From positions 10,045,545 through 10,107,561 of the forward strand of contig JAHRHZ010000069.1 of assembly GCA_024137785.1 (NCBI GenBank): a stretch of 62,017 nt of DNA, read 5' to 3'. Origin of the DNA: Ginglymostoma cirratum. Taxonomy: Eukaryota. The notes below the pieces were generated by a model. That model searched no databases. It worked only from the letters and a program-made list of their open reading frames with translations, and was not told where the DNA came from. The position numbers and the translations under genes were made by a program. The first letter of the stretch is position 1. Every line of letters starts with the position of its first letter. Below are positions 51,539-62,017 of the stretch, in pieces.

Positions 51539-54410
51539 GAGTCATAGAGTCATAGAGATTGGAAATAGACCCTTCAGTCCAACCGCACCAACCACATTCC
51601 CAAACTAAACTAGTCCTACCTGCCTGTGCTTGGCCCATATCCCTCTAAACCTTTCTTATACATGTACTTATCCAAATGTCTTTTAAACATTGTAACTGTA
51701 CCTGCATCCATCACTTCCTCTGGAAGTTCATTCCACTCAAGAACCACATTTTGTGTAAAAAGGTTGATCGTCATGTTATAGAGTTATAGAGTATTAGAAA
51801 AATACAGCATGGGAACAGACCATTCAGCCCAACTGGTCCATGCTGACCATGGTGCCCACTCAGCTAGTTCCAGTTGCCCGCGTTCTGTCCATATCCCTCT
51901 AAATGCCTCCCGTCCATGTACCTATCCAAATGTTTTTTAACTGTTGCTATTGTGCCTGCCTCAACCATTTTCTCTGGGAGCCCATTTCCATATACACACC
52001 AGTCTCTGCAGGATGAATTTGCCCCTCAGGTCTTTCTTAAATCTTTCCCCTCTCACCTTAAACCTATGCCGTCGAGTTTTCAATTCCCCATCCTTGGCAA
52101 AAAAAGAACTATATACATTCATTCCATCTATGCCCCTCATGATTTTATACACCTCAATAAGGTCAACCCTCATTCTCCTCCATTCTAAGGAATAAAGCCC
52201 TATCCTGGCCAAACTCTCCCTATAACTCAGGCTGACTAGTCCTGGCAACATCCTTGTAAATTTTCTTTGCACACTTTCCAGTTTAACTATCTTTCCTATA
52301 ACAGGGTGACCAAACTGTACACAATACTCCAAGTGCAGCCTCACCAACGACTTGTACAACTGTGACATAACATCCCACTCCTATACTCAGTGCCTCGGCT
52401 GATGAATGCCAGCGTGCTAAATGCCTTCTTCGCCACCCTGTCCACCTGTAATGCTGCTTTCAATGAACTATGTACTTGTATTCCTAGGTCCCTCTGTTCC
52501 ACAACACTCCTCCGGACCTTACCATTTACCGTATAAGTCCTACCTTGGTTTGACTTTCCAAAATGCAACACCTCACACTTATCCGTATTGAATTGCATTT
52601 GCCAATCCTCAGCCCACTTCACCATCTAATCAAGATCCCTCTGTAATTTTTGATAACTTTCTTCACTATCAATGATGCATCCTAATTTTGTTTCACCCAC
52701 AAACTTACTAATCATACCTTGTACATTCACATCCGGATCATTGATGTAAATAGCAAATAACATATGTCCCAGCACTGACTCCTGTGGCACACCACTAGTC
52801 ACAGTCCTCCAGTCTGAGAAACAACCATCAACCATCACCCTCTGCTTCCTACCATCGAGCCAATTTTGAATCTAATTAGCTAGCTCTCTCTGGATCCCAC
52901 GCAACCTCACTATTATGACTAGCCTGTCGTGCGGGACCTTGTCAAAGGCCGTACTAAAGTCCTTATAGACAACATCCACTGCCCTACCCTCATCTATCCT
53001 CTTTGTTACCTCTTCGAAAAACTCAAAAAGATTTGTCAGATATGACATCCTGTGCACAAATCCATGTTGACTATCCCTAATCAGACCTTGACTGTCCAAA
53101 TGTTGGTTGATCCTGTCCTTCAGTATTCTGTCCAATAACTTGTCGATCACTGATGTCAGGCTTACTGGCCAGTAGTATCCTGGGTTGTCTTTGCTACCTT
53201 TCTTAAACAATGCAACACCATTAGCCACCCTCCAATCTTCCGGAACTTCACCAGTGGCTAAAGATGAAGCAAAAATCTCTACAACGGCCTCTGCAATTTC
53301 TTCCCTAGCTTCCCACAGCACCCAAAGATGGACTTGATCAGGACCAGAGGATTTATTCTTCTTAATGCACTTTAAGGCTGCAAATACCTCCTCTCTGGTC
53401 ATGCGTATGCAGTCCAAAACATCCCCACTGTTTCCCTTATTCCTTAGCATCCATGACTCTCTCCTCAGTAAATATTCCTTAGTAAAAATCTCCCCCATTT
53501 CCCATGGCTCCACACCTAGACAACCTTGCTGATCTTTAAGGGGATCCGTTCTCTCCCTAGCCACCCTTTTACTCTTAATATAGCTATAAAACCTCTTGGG
53601 ATTATCTTTAACCTTATCTGCCAGATCAATCTTATACCATCTCTTTGCTCTTCTGATTTCCCTCTTAAGTGTGCTCCTACAATTTTTATAGACATCTAGG
53701 GATTCACTTGAGCCGATAGCTTAAACCCAGTGTATGCCTTCTTCTTTATCCTGACCAGAGCCTCAATCTCCCTTGTCAGCCAGGGATCTCTAAACCTGCC
53801 AGCTTTTCCCTTCAACTCAAAAGGGACAGACTGACCCTGGACTCTTGATATCACACTTTTAAAAGCCTCCTGTTTGCCAGTCATTCCTTTTCCTTCTAAC
53901 AGACTCGCCCAGTTGACCTCTGCTAGATCCTGCTTAATGGCCCTGCTCCAGTTTAGCACCTTAACCTGTGAACCTGTCCTATCTTTTTCTATAATTATGT
54001 TGAAACTAAGAGAGCTTTAGTCACTGGACCCAAAGGGCTTTCTGACTGACACTTCAGTCACTTGCCCAACCTCGTTAACTAAGAGGAAGTTCAGTGTTGC
54101 ACCCTCCCGAGTAGGGCCCTCTACATATTGATTTAGGAAACTTCCTTGGTCACATTTGATGAATTCCACCCTGTCCAAGCCTTTTACACTCTGGGTGGCC
54201 CCTTTTTAAATCTTTCTCCTCTCATCTTAAAAATATGCCCCCTCATTTTGAACTCCCCCACACTAAGGAAGGGATTTTTGTCATTCACCTTATCCATGTC
54301 CCTCATGATTTTATAAACCTCAATAAGGTCACTCCTCAACCTCCTACGCTCCTGTCAAAAAAGCCCCGGGTTTTCAAGTCTATTTTTATATCTCAAATCC
54401 TCCATTCCCA
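51539..54410 (-). mobile_element. CR1/HER1 3' fragment (51539-~51774 plus ~54198-54410) split by a longer CR1
   Basis: Tail gagtcatagagtcatagag at 51539. The sequence breaks after ...gtgtaaaaaggttgatcgtcat and resumes at cctttttaaatctttctcctctcatcttaaaaatatgccc (~54200). Confidence 0.8.
51775..54197 (-). mobile_element. CR1/HER1 LINE, ~2.4 kb, 5'-truncated, frameshifted ORF2 with the RT region
   Basis: ORFs 53696-53959, 52872-53564 (YWPVSLTS, DSQHGF, DVVYKDFSTAFDKVPH), 52626-52838 (TSGVPQESVLG; FADD decayed to FVGE), 52341-52625 and 51961-52368. Tail at 51775-51830. Confidence 0.97.
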
Positions 54411-55589
54411 GATTTTCCTCAAAATGGTATAATGTATTTTTTATTTAACATTCTTGTGTGAGGGCCGACAGGGCCTCAGTTAAATATCTTACCTGAAACA
54501 CAGCACTTGCAACTTTGAAGTTCTCCATCAATGCTGCATTGAGTGGCTTTAAGTTTTGTCTTGTCCTGGAGCCCTGGATGGAGCTGATTGTAGAAAGTGC
54601 AGTGAGGCCACGGGGAACTTGAAAATAACTTGCAATTAGAAACCAAGGAGAATTGCGAAGACAATGCAATAGGGTTTGGAACTCAGTATTGGACAGACTA
54701 TGAGTGGCATCATTCTGAGCTAATGTAAGGTAGACCTCAGGAGGCAGATATACAATGCATCCCTGAGGTGAATGTGACATTAATAAGAACTTCATTGACT
54801 CCTGGGATGAACTTGCACAGAGGTAAATCTATATTAGGGAGAGGGGAATGTACAACTTTAGAGACTGAATAAATGTGGAAATTGAAGAAAGGATGATCAT
54901 GAAGTTTGTACCGCTGTCAGGTTCCACATAGTAGTCAAAATGGGGATCTGATTATCTTTTGACTCAGAAAGCTGTAAGTAGAAGTTGAAGAGGTCGATGA
55001 AGAATTATTTTTTGTTGAATTGGGAGAAGGTTACATCACATTCGCATCTTGCTGACAGGCCGTAAGAAGGTATAAAGAAGGTGTGAACAAATTTGAAAGT
55101 TAACCTGTTGTCATTGGCATTAAACCACGTAAACTTACCCCATAGTATGAGGTTGAATGCTCACACCTTTATTAGTGTGCATTGCGAAAAAAAGTACATC
55201 TTCTAACAATACACTTGAAGCTTATGAAGAGTAGTGAGTAGCTGCATAATGTGACTTGGGTGGAACACATGAAGTTAGACACCAAAAGCAAGCAATTATA
55301 TAGATTAGCTTATCAATCAGCTTCCTTATTCTTATAGTTAATTCTCAAACTGTGAGCAAGTGACCTCACCAAAGTGACCTCAAGCTTAAACCCCGACAGT
55401 GTCATCAACCTTGGGATCTCAGAAAAACATTCAGGCTGATATTTGTTCCTCTGCACAAACAAGAGGACAAGAGACTAATGGTGGTAGCCTTTCTGCTTTC
55501 CTGACTAAAATCATATTCAGCAGCTGTAACCTTAATTCTGTACAACTAATGCAGTGCTTTGATGAATGAAGCCAATTGGATGCTTCCTT

Positions 55590-55995
55590 CTGTGGACCAA
55601 ACAGCAAAATGTTAGCCAGATGCAACAACAGTCAAAGTGCACCATGCTGTCGTCAGGCTGCAGCTTAGTAGTGCATCCAGTTTGGATACTGAAGAACAAC
55701 ACATTTCAGGACTATGGACAGAGCAGAAAAGGCTATGCAATTCAATGGTAGAGGTTGAAATCAGAATTAGGAGAACAATTTCAGCAAGTATCAGACCTGA
55801 GCACTTACCCATTGATTCAGATGGGGCAGTATGAGGTTGCATCATTCTGTATAGAAGGGAATCATCGATCAAACAGTGACTGTGTGGAAATCTGGAGAAA
55901 GGTGACAGAGCAATTAGCAAAGGGTTGATGTCTGGAAAAGACAGATTTTCAGAGGGCACAGCACTTGAACGATTTGATGGGGAGCTGAAATAGCC
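55590..55995 (+). mobile_element. Very old CR1-like RT 3' relic
   Basis: gtcaggctgcagcttagtagtgcatccagtttgg resembles the codons of VRPHLEYCVQFW, and gagcagaaaaggcta resembles VQRRA. Confidence 0.4.
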
Positions 55996-57849
55996 ATCTA
56001 TTTTAAATGCTGGTAATTGCTGATCGGAATGGCTGAAGCTCAGCAAATCCAAGTGATGTCACTAATTTGGGAAGGAGCGGTAATATAACATTGTTGAAGA
56101 GAAGGAACAAGAATCATTTGTTGCTGACTCAGTCTTCTTATTGGTAAACTTAGTACTCTTATTGTACTTTGTCAGCATTTGCTGTTGTAATTTGAAATAC
56201 AGCTGATAGACTGTCAATTCCAGCCCTTCCATCTGTCTGACTTCGCAGGCCGTCAACCTGTTTAACTATTCACATGGTTTATGTCCCTTTATGTCTTTGG
56301 CTTGTTTAAATGTTACTTAAATCAGAATGACTGAGGATTCCCGTGGCTTGTTACCCAATGACCTTCAGTTGAAACATGCCTATGGCATGCAGGCCAGTGA
56401 GTGAAGAAGGGTAGGGTGGGGAGATTGTGGATTTGGATGGAACCCACACTACAGTCAAAAAGATCTGCTGGTGCTTATCACTTAGGCTCAGGATAGCTAG
56501 CCAAGGGAAGATAGCTTGGCACTTTTGGGACTGTAGCCCAGCAAATGTCAGCAGGAGATGAGGAAAGATGGAAAACCAGTGGCAAAAATAAAAGTTCTTG
56601 GTTACATTTCAGCAGTCTGATCAGCAGTGTGCTCAGATCCTGATAAATGAAAGATTGTTTTGCCAAGAATTTTATATGATGCCTCTGGGTTGGGATTATT
56701 GCTTGAATCAGACTTTCTGTGGAGTTTTTTTTAATGTATTCTCATTAGAAAATTGCAGCAATGTTTGCACCTCAGCTCGTTTTGATATTCAGATCAGCAA
56801 TTAAATCAAATCAAAACCTCACCAAACATATGACTGTTAGGAATGACAAATCTGCTGTTTAACAAGAAGATGTCAATGTGTTTGAGATGAATTGTCTAAG
56901 ACACACCATGCTGCCTGCTGATTACAATATAGCACACGGAGAATATCCAGGTGAAGATCATTATAAGCTGGTCTGAGGTTTATCCTTCATTCATGGTTTT
57001 ATATTATCAGTACAGAATTAGAAACCAATCTTTCACCTCTGGAAATGGGTGCAAACCCAGATTAAGCTAACCCGAACACTCAATATCTCCTGTTACTTGA
57101 AAATTATTGTAACAAACAAGAACACACCTACGATATTTATCTCCAGGGTAAACTGACTCCTGCATCCTGCTTTGTGAGGGTTTCACGGTTTTATTTCTCT
57201 TAAATATTAAGAACCAATGCTGCTGCCTCACGTGCCGTGTGAATCCCTATTTAAACATTATTTAAACCACGTGCCACCTTACAACACTTTATTCATCCAA
57301 CTTTCATTCTCCAGTACTTTGCAGTTCTCTCCCCCACTTTGCTGTAAGCCCTCACTTGCTTTCTTGACTCCTTTATGCTTGTCGGTATTTTTAATAGATC
57401 TCTCAATTAATGCACTTTTCAAAATTTGTCATTGTCATCTTCCCAGTTTAGCTGACTCCAGATTCTTCCTCAAGACCCCATATATGTTTCCGAATTTCTC
57501 CCCCTGAAATGAGATCCTTGAATGTCTCATCACTTTCTAGAACATTATCCCAGATTGGGCACCATGACAACTCACATGTTTTGTTTATATCTTAATTCAT
57601 TATTTTGAATCTAATTTTTAAAAAAAATTCAGAATCACAAACCAGTCCTATAAGGGAACCTTCACTTCCGATGTTACAGGCATCTAGGTACATCAGTAAC
57701 ATGTCCAGAAATCAGAAAGAATCCTATTCACTTCAGAATATTATTACTATATACTGTTATTATCATGGGTGGTTTGTTTCAGAAAATATGATTTTATGCC
57801 TACATTTAAGAGTTCAAGATAGACTGATTGAGGAGAAGGAAAAGTAAAG

Positions 57850-57875
57850 AAGCCTAAGTCTTAAGACTTAGGCTT
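57850..57875. repeat. Perfect 26-bp palindrome
   Basis: AAGCCTAAGTCTT|AAGACTTAGGCTT with no spacer. Confidence 0.95.
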
Positions 57876-59909
57876 TTTTGGATTTAGAGTTCTTTATATT
57901 TATTGCGCATTAATACTAAATACAACTACAAATGATTTTCTGAGATATGTCAGGCTGTGATCTTACAGTAATAATGTTGAAGAACTCTTCTTTGCATTTG
58001 CTGCTTTCTTCAAATCTATTTTCTATTTCATCTAACTATAGATATCTCTACCCACACTGTGCTATTTATGCCCAGTGGGGAGCAACCCTGTGACTTCATT
58101 TGCAAAGTTGCTTTGGGTCCTAAAGCTGTTACACAATACATTATGCCTAAAATTCAATTGTCACCAGATTAATTAAGCGGTGAGCGAAAGCAGGTAAACT
58201 GTAGCAATGATGGATGGCAGATTTTGTAGCAGTTGATTCAACAGAGGAAACTTATCAAGTAGGTGGGGATGAATAACTAGTCACAATATATGCAGCATTT
58301 TGGTATAGTAAAGCTTTCCTCAGCATTTTCCAATGCCATCCGACCTGATCATCTTTATCTGGGGCTGATAGACAAACTCCTAAATTTGAACAAGGTATAC
58401 TGAGCAATGCATGGAAAGGGATCAGGAGTTCTGGAATTTAAATAACAGTCTGTTAGTGTTATAAACAGCTGGCAGAAACATATATTTGAACAAATCCAAC
58501 ATGAGCATAAACAAAACAGAATGTGCTGGATATACAGAACAGACCAGGTGTCAAACAAATTATCATATCAGGTTTGGATTCTTCCTTAATGTTCTTATCC
58601 TTTCAACTACAAGTCTTTTCTGTTGAATGTTTCTTACCTTGGCCAGAAACCTGAATAAAGCAGCTAACATTGCTGACACAATTTGTGAGTATTTTTTTGT
58701 TTCTGAGAGGAAAGCAAACTTTTACCCCTAATGTACTGTGTGCAAATTAAACAAGCCAATTTCTTGCTAAATCTCGGACAAAGTTTCTTCATTTTTGTCA
58801 CACAGATTCTGCTATATCAGCTACACTGAATGTAAAGTGAAAAGTTCTTTCATTCTTCTGCAAGTCTACTGCAATGTTCCTTTTTCTCTTCTACATGAAT
58901 GTGGCTCAGCCTTGTGCTCAAAAGCACGTTCCCCTTCTGACAAATGTGTCACTTGCTTATAATTTCACCAGCTATCCCATTGCCTCTCTGAGTGACATAA
59001 CTATTTAGTATTGAATTAGGAGGAGTTCTATTTATTGAGTCCTTGCCTCTATAAATTGGATTGAGAGAGTCTAAATACATTTCACATTGGAACTGGGCTA
59101 CCTGCAGGTGATTGAAATGTTTTCTAATAGACTTAAGGCATGACTGAGAGTGAAACTGACAGATTCAGCATCCAAATAAACTAGCAGTTGGACTCAAGTC
59201 AATAAGTGAAGCTGTGTGGGACTGATCGTGATACAGTAATTGCAGTAATTGAGGTTGATGGTGGGGTAATTTACCCAAGATATGCCCTTGTACTGGGGGC
59301 CTTGGCAATAATCTCTCTTGAATTCTCACTTCGGGAACCTAAAGACATTCAACATGCCTGAACTCTTTATTTTGCTGAAAGAAGGATGAGGTAAGTATCT
59401 CTGAGGTAAGTTGAAGTGGCATGGGATATTGGGGAATGAGTGAAAAAAGAGTTAAATAGAGAGACTTTGAATAATTGATTTTTTTGGCATTCCAACAATA
59501 AGATGGTCTGCATTTGGAACCAATCTTGTTTTGTTTCTTTGTATTTTCTATTTCTGATTTGCAACAACACATTGCCTTCCACGTCAAATATCCTCCTGTA
59601 TTTTGAACTCTGAACTCTGATTGCTTGCTCGCCTTTCTTGGTCACACAGTGGGTCAGCCTGGTGAGGTACAAGTTAGATAAAGGTCAGAGGATTGAACCC
59701 TGGTCTCTTTAATTGACATTGGCTCAAGCAGCAGAGGGAGTGCCACAATTAACCCTACAAAAGGTGAGGGTGAAGGAGGTGGAGGGGAAATCAGTCAGTG
59801 TTCGCACTGCTGATCATTAATCGGCCTCCTGTTCAGAGAAACGTAAATGTAAGTGTGTTGGCTAGGGTCAGAGTCATTCTGGGTAGCATTGAGCCTGACA
59901 AATAAATAA

Positions 59910-60315
59910 AGAATTTTGCATTTATATAACATCTCTCTCAGTCTCAGGTCATCCCAAACTGTTTCACAACCATTCAATTACTTTGAAAGTGTTGTCATTG
60001 TCATAATGTGGGAAATCTACAGACAGCAAGGTCCCACAAACAGCAGTATGATCATGACCAGATGAGCTGTTGTTGTGGTGTTAGTCGAGAGACAAATTTT
60101 GGCCAAGACCCTGGAGATACAAGAAATGTCCATTTCTTTAGATATTTCCAGGTGATCTTTCACAGTCAGAGCACACAGAGCTTGGCTTAACACCGTATTC
60201 GTAAGTTGATACCTCTAGTATTGCAGCATTGGCTCAGGGGAGTATGAAACTAGAGGGTTCATGCCCATGGAATGAAACTTGAATGTACAACCATCTGAAT
60301 CCAGGTCAAAAGAGC
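59910..60315 (-). mobile_element. DeuSINE/SacSINE1-like relic
   Basis: ttgcatttatataacatc...ctcaggtcatcccaaactgtttcacaacc...acagcaaggtcccacaaacagcagtatga...ttggccaagaccctgg. Further pieces at ~42840-43150, ~50760-50945 and ~51350-51535. Confidence 0.65.
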
Positions 60316-60669
60316 TACCTGCTGAACGATGGCTGTCACATTGGTTACATTTGTCTAGGAATGGAAAGGAGTGTTGAGAGGATTGGGAGATTTGGAAGGG
60401 TCATTGGTGAAGCGAGGGGGGTGCGGTGTGGTTTATGTGAGGTTTGTAGGGGTCATGGGAATTGAGAGAGTTCATGGCATGATCAGTGGGGGTGGTGGGA
60501 TGAGGATTCTGAGTGAGAAGGGTTTTGGTACATCCGTGTTTGGAGTTTTGGAGGATCAGTGAGGGCAGGGTTTGGACGGAGAGTGGGAGTATTCAGAAGA
60601 GTACAGGGGATGTGATTTTGGGAGGTTAGTAAGGATTGGAGGGTGAGAGGTTTGGGAGGGCTCTTACCG

Positions 60670-60741
60670 TCCCTGGTGGTCTAGTGGTTAGGATTCGGCG
60701 CTTTCACTGCCGCGGCCCGGGTTCGATTCCCGGTCAGGGAA
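60670..60741 (+). tRNA. tRNA-Glu, anticodon TTC
   Basis: 72 nt TCCCTGGTGGTCTAGTGGTTAGGATTCGGCGCTTTCACTGCCGCGGCCCGGGTTCGATTCCCGGTCAGGGAA. Acceptor stem TCCCTGG/TCAGGGA, intact A and B boxes, anticodon at 60703-60705. Confidence 0.96.
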
Positions 60742-60746
60742 TCAAG

Positions 60747-60750
60747 TTTT
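60747..60750 (+). terminator. Pol III terminator (T4)
   Basis: TTTT 5 nt downstream of the tRNA 3' end. Confidence 0.65.
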
Positions 60751-61080
60751 GGGGCAGCACGGTGGTTCAGTGGTTAGCACTGCTGCCTTACAGCGCCAGG
60801 GACCCAGGTTCGATTCCAGCCTCGGGTGTCTGTCTGTGTGGAGTTTGCACATTCTCCCCGTGTGTGCGTGGGTTTCCTCCGGGTGCTCCAGTTTCCTCCC
60901 ACAGTCCAAAGATGTGCAGTTTAGGTGGATTGGCCATGCTAAATTGCCCGTAGCGTTCAGGGAGGTGTGAATTAGGTGGGTTGTTGGGGGGGTGGGTCTG
61001 GGTGGGATGCTCTGAGGTTCGGTGTGGACTTGTTGGGCCGTAGGGCCTGTTTCCACACTGTAGGGATTTTATGATTCTAT
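60751..61080 (+). mobile_element. HE1-type V-SINE, well preserved
   Basis: ggggcagcacggtggttcagtggttagcac (A box), ggttcgattcc (B box), V-domain, and tail cctgtttccacactgtagggattttatgattctat. CpGs retained. Confidence 0.96.
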
Positions 61081-61939
61081 AGGGCTTGTACAGTCTGTGG
61101 ACATGGGAATCACGCAGCTCAAGCATCAGTGGCGTGGAAATCACAGGGTCAGTGGGGGACAGTGTTTGTGAGGTAAGTGGGTGTAGGATTCGGACAGTCA
61201 CAACTGGGGGTTATTGGAAGATCAATGGATCAAAAGGCCTAGTGGATGTCATTTGAGAAGGTCAATGGGAGCCAAGATAAGTGGGTTGGGGACCCAAAAG
61301 AGACACGAGGAGTCAGAGGGTTAGGGGTTTGGAAGGTCGGTGGGAAGTTTTGGAGATTTATTTGATTTGAAGGGTTGTTGGGGGAGTAGGAGGTTTGGGG
61401 GAATCAGAATGTCCGTATTTAAGGAGGACCAGGGGTGTTGCAGGGTTCAGACAAGGTGGGATGGCCAGGAGTGTCCGTCAGGACTTAGTTATTCCAGGGG
61501 TGAGTTGGGGTGGGGGCATCAGAACTGATTGGTAAGAGTCAATTTTACAGTTCTCTGGGAGTTAGAAATGATTTAAATCTCTGTAACGTTTCCAGGGTAA
61601 GATTCCAGGTGACTAATTTGCATTTCTCCCACATCTCCAATTCTAACGCAGTCAGAGGCGTTGACACGGAATCCTGGAGAACTGTCAGAAGTTTTAACCT
61701 CTCGGGCAGTTCCTGTGGAATCATCGTATCAGGACTCCTCAAATCTTTGGGAGTCTCCACTATTCAGATAGTGGAAGATCTAGTACCTTATGAAATAGCT
61801 GCCAACCAAACTATGTATGTCATGGTATATATTGTGATACTTTTATCTAAAGATCAGTGTGAACAAATCATTACATATCTTTTGTGGCGACAACAGAGCA
61901 GTATTTAACCTTTTTGAAAAAAAAGACTTGGAAAGTTAT

Positions 61940-62017
61940 CAAGCATGGGGCTGGATGAACACAGCAGGTCAAGCAGCATCATAGGAGCAGGAAAACTTGA
62001 CGTTTCGGGCCTAAACC
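61940..62017 (-). mobile_element. Penelope-type short element running off the window end
   Basis: 78/78 bp identical to 9998-10075. Includes the stem II and GAAACGUC half of the hammerhead. Confidence 0.85.

Larger units (their letters stand above)
60350..61520 (+). repeat. G-rich, C-poor degenerate repeat tract flanking the tRNA gene and SINE
   Basis: Recurring gggtcattgg / gggtcatggg / gatcagtggg / gggtcagtggg / ggtcaatggg / ggtttgg words on both sides of 60670-61080. Confidence 0.6.

Noticed and set aside
57850-57880. Hairpin plus T-run as a rho-independent terminator
   Set aside because: The DNA is eukaryotic, the hairpin has no loop, and there is no upstream bacterial-type gene.
60636-61201. 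Overlapping ORFs of 73-137 aa (also 11439-11779, 30660-30908, 49449-49682)
   Set aside because: These are translations of HE1 SINE and tRNA sequence, and the same peptides recur at each SINE copy.

Overview
This is a eukaryotic, AT-rich, repeat-dominated window, most likely from a shark or other elasmobranch. The evidence is four HE1-type V-SINEs, CR1/HER1-type LINEs sharing their 3' tail, and DeuSINE-like relics. No host protein-coding exon could be recognised. The long ORFs are pieces of retroelements: CR1 ORF2, L2, and two decayed Ty3/Gypsy proviruses, one still bounded by both LTRs. Host-looking elements are a GC/CpG-rich promoter-like island (~34650-37300) with clustered RFX X-box-like motifs and splice donors on both strands, and a tRNA-Glu(TTC) gene at 60670-60741 followed 9 bp later by an HE1 SINE. 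The most notable signal is a family of short Penelope-type elements carrying a minimal hammerhead ribozyme core. One copy (9993-10117) has an intact CUGAUGA...GAAACGUC core on the minus strand, is flanked by a perfect 14-bp target-site duplication, and is identical over 78 bp to a second copy 52 kb away at the window end. A further head-to-head pair forms a ~200-bp hairpin. Repeat boundaries were read by eye and are approximate unless exact motifs are quoted.
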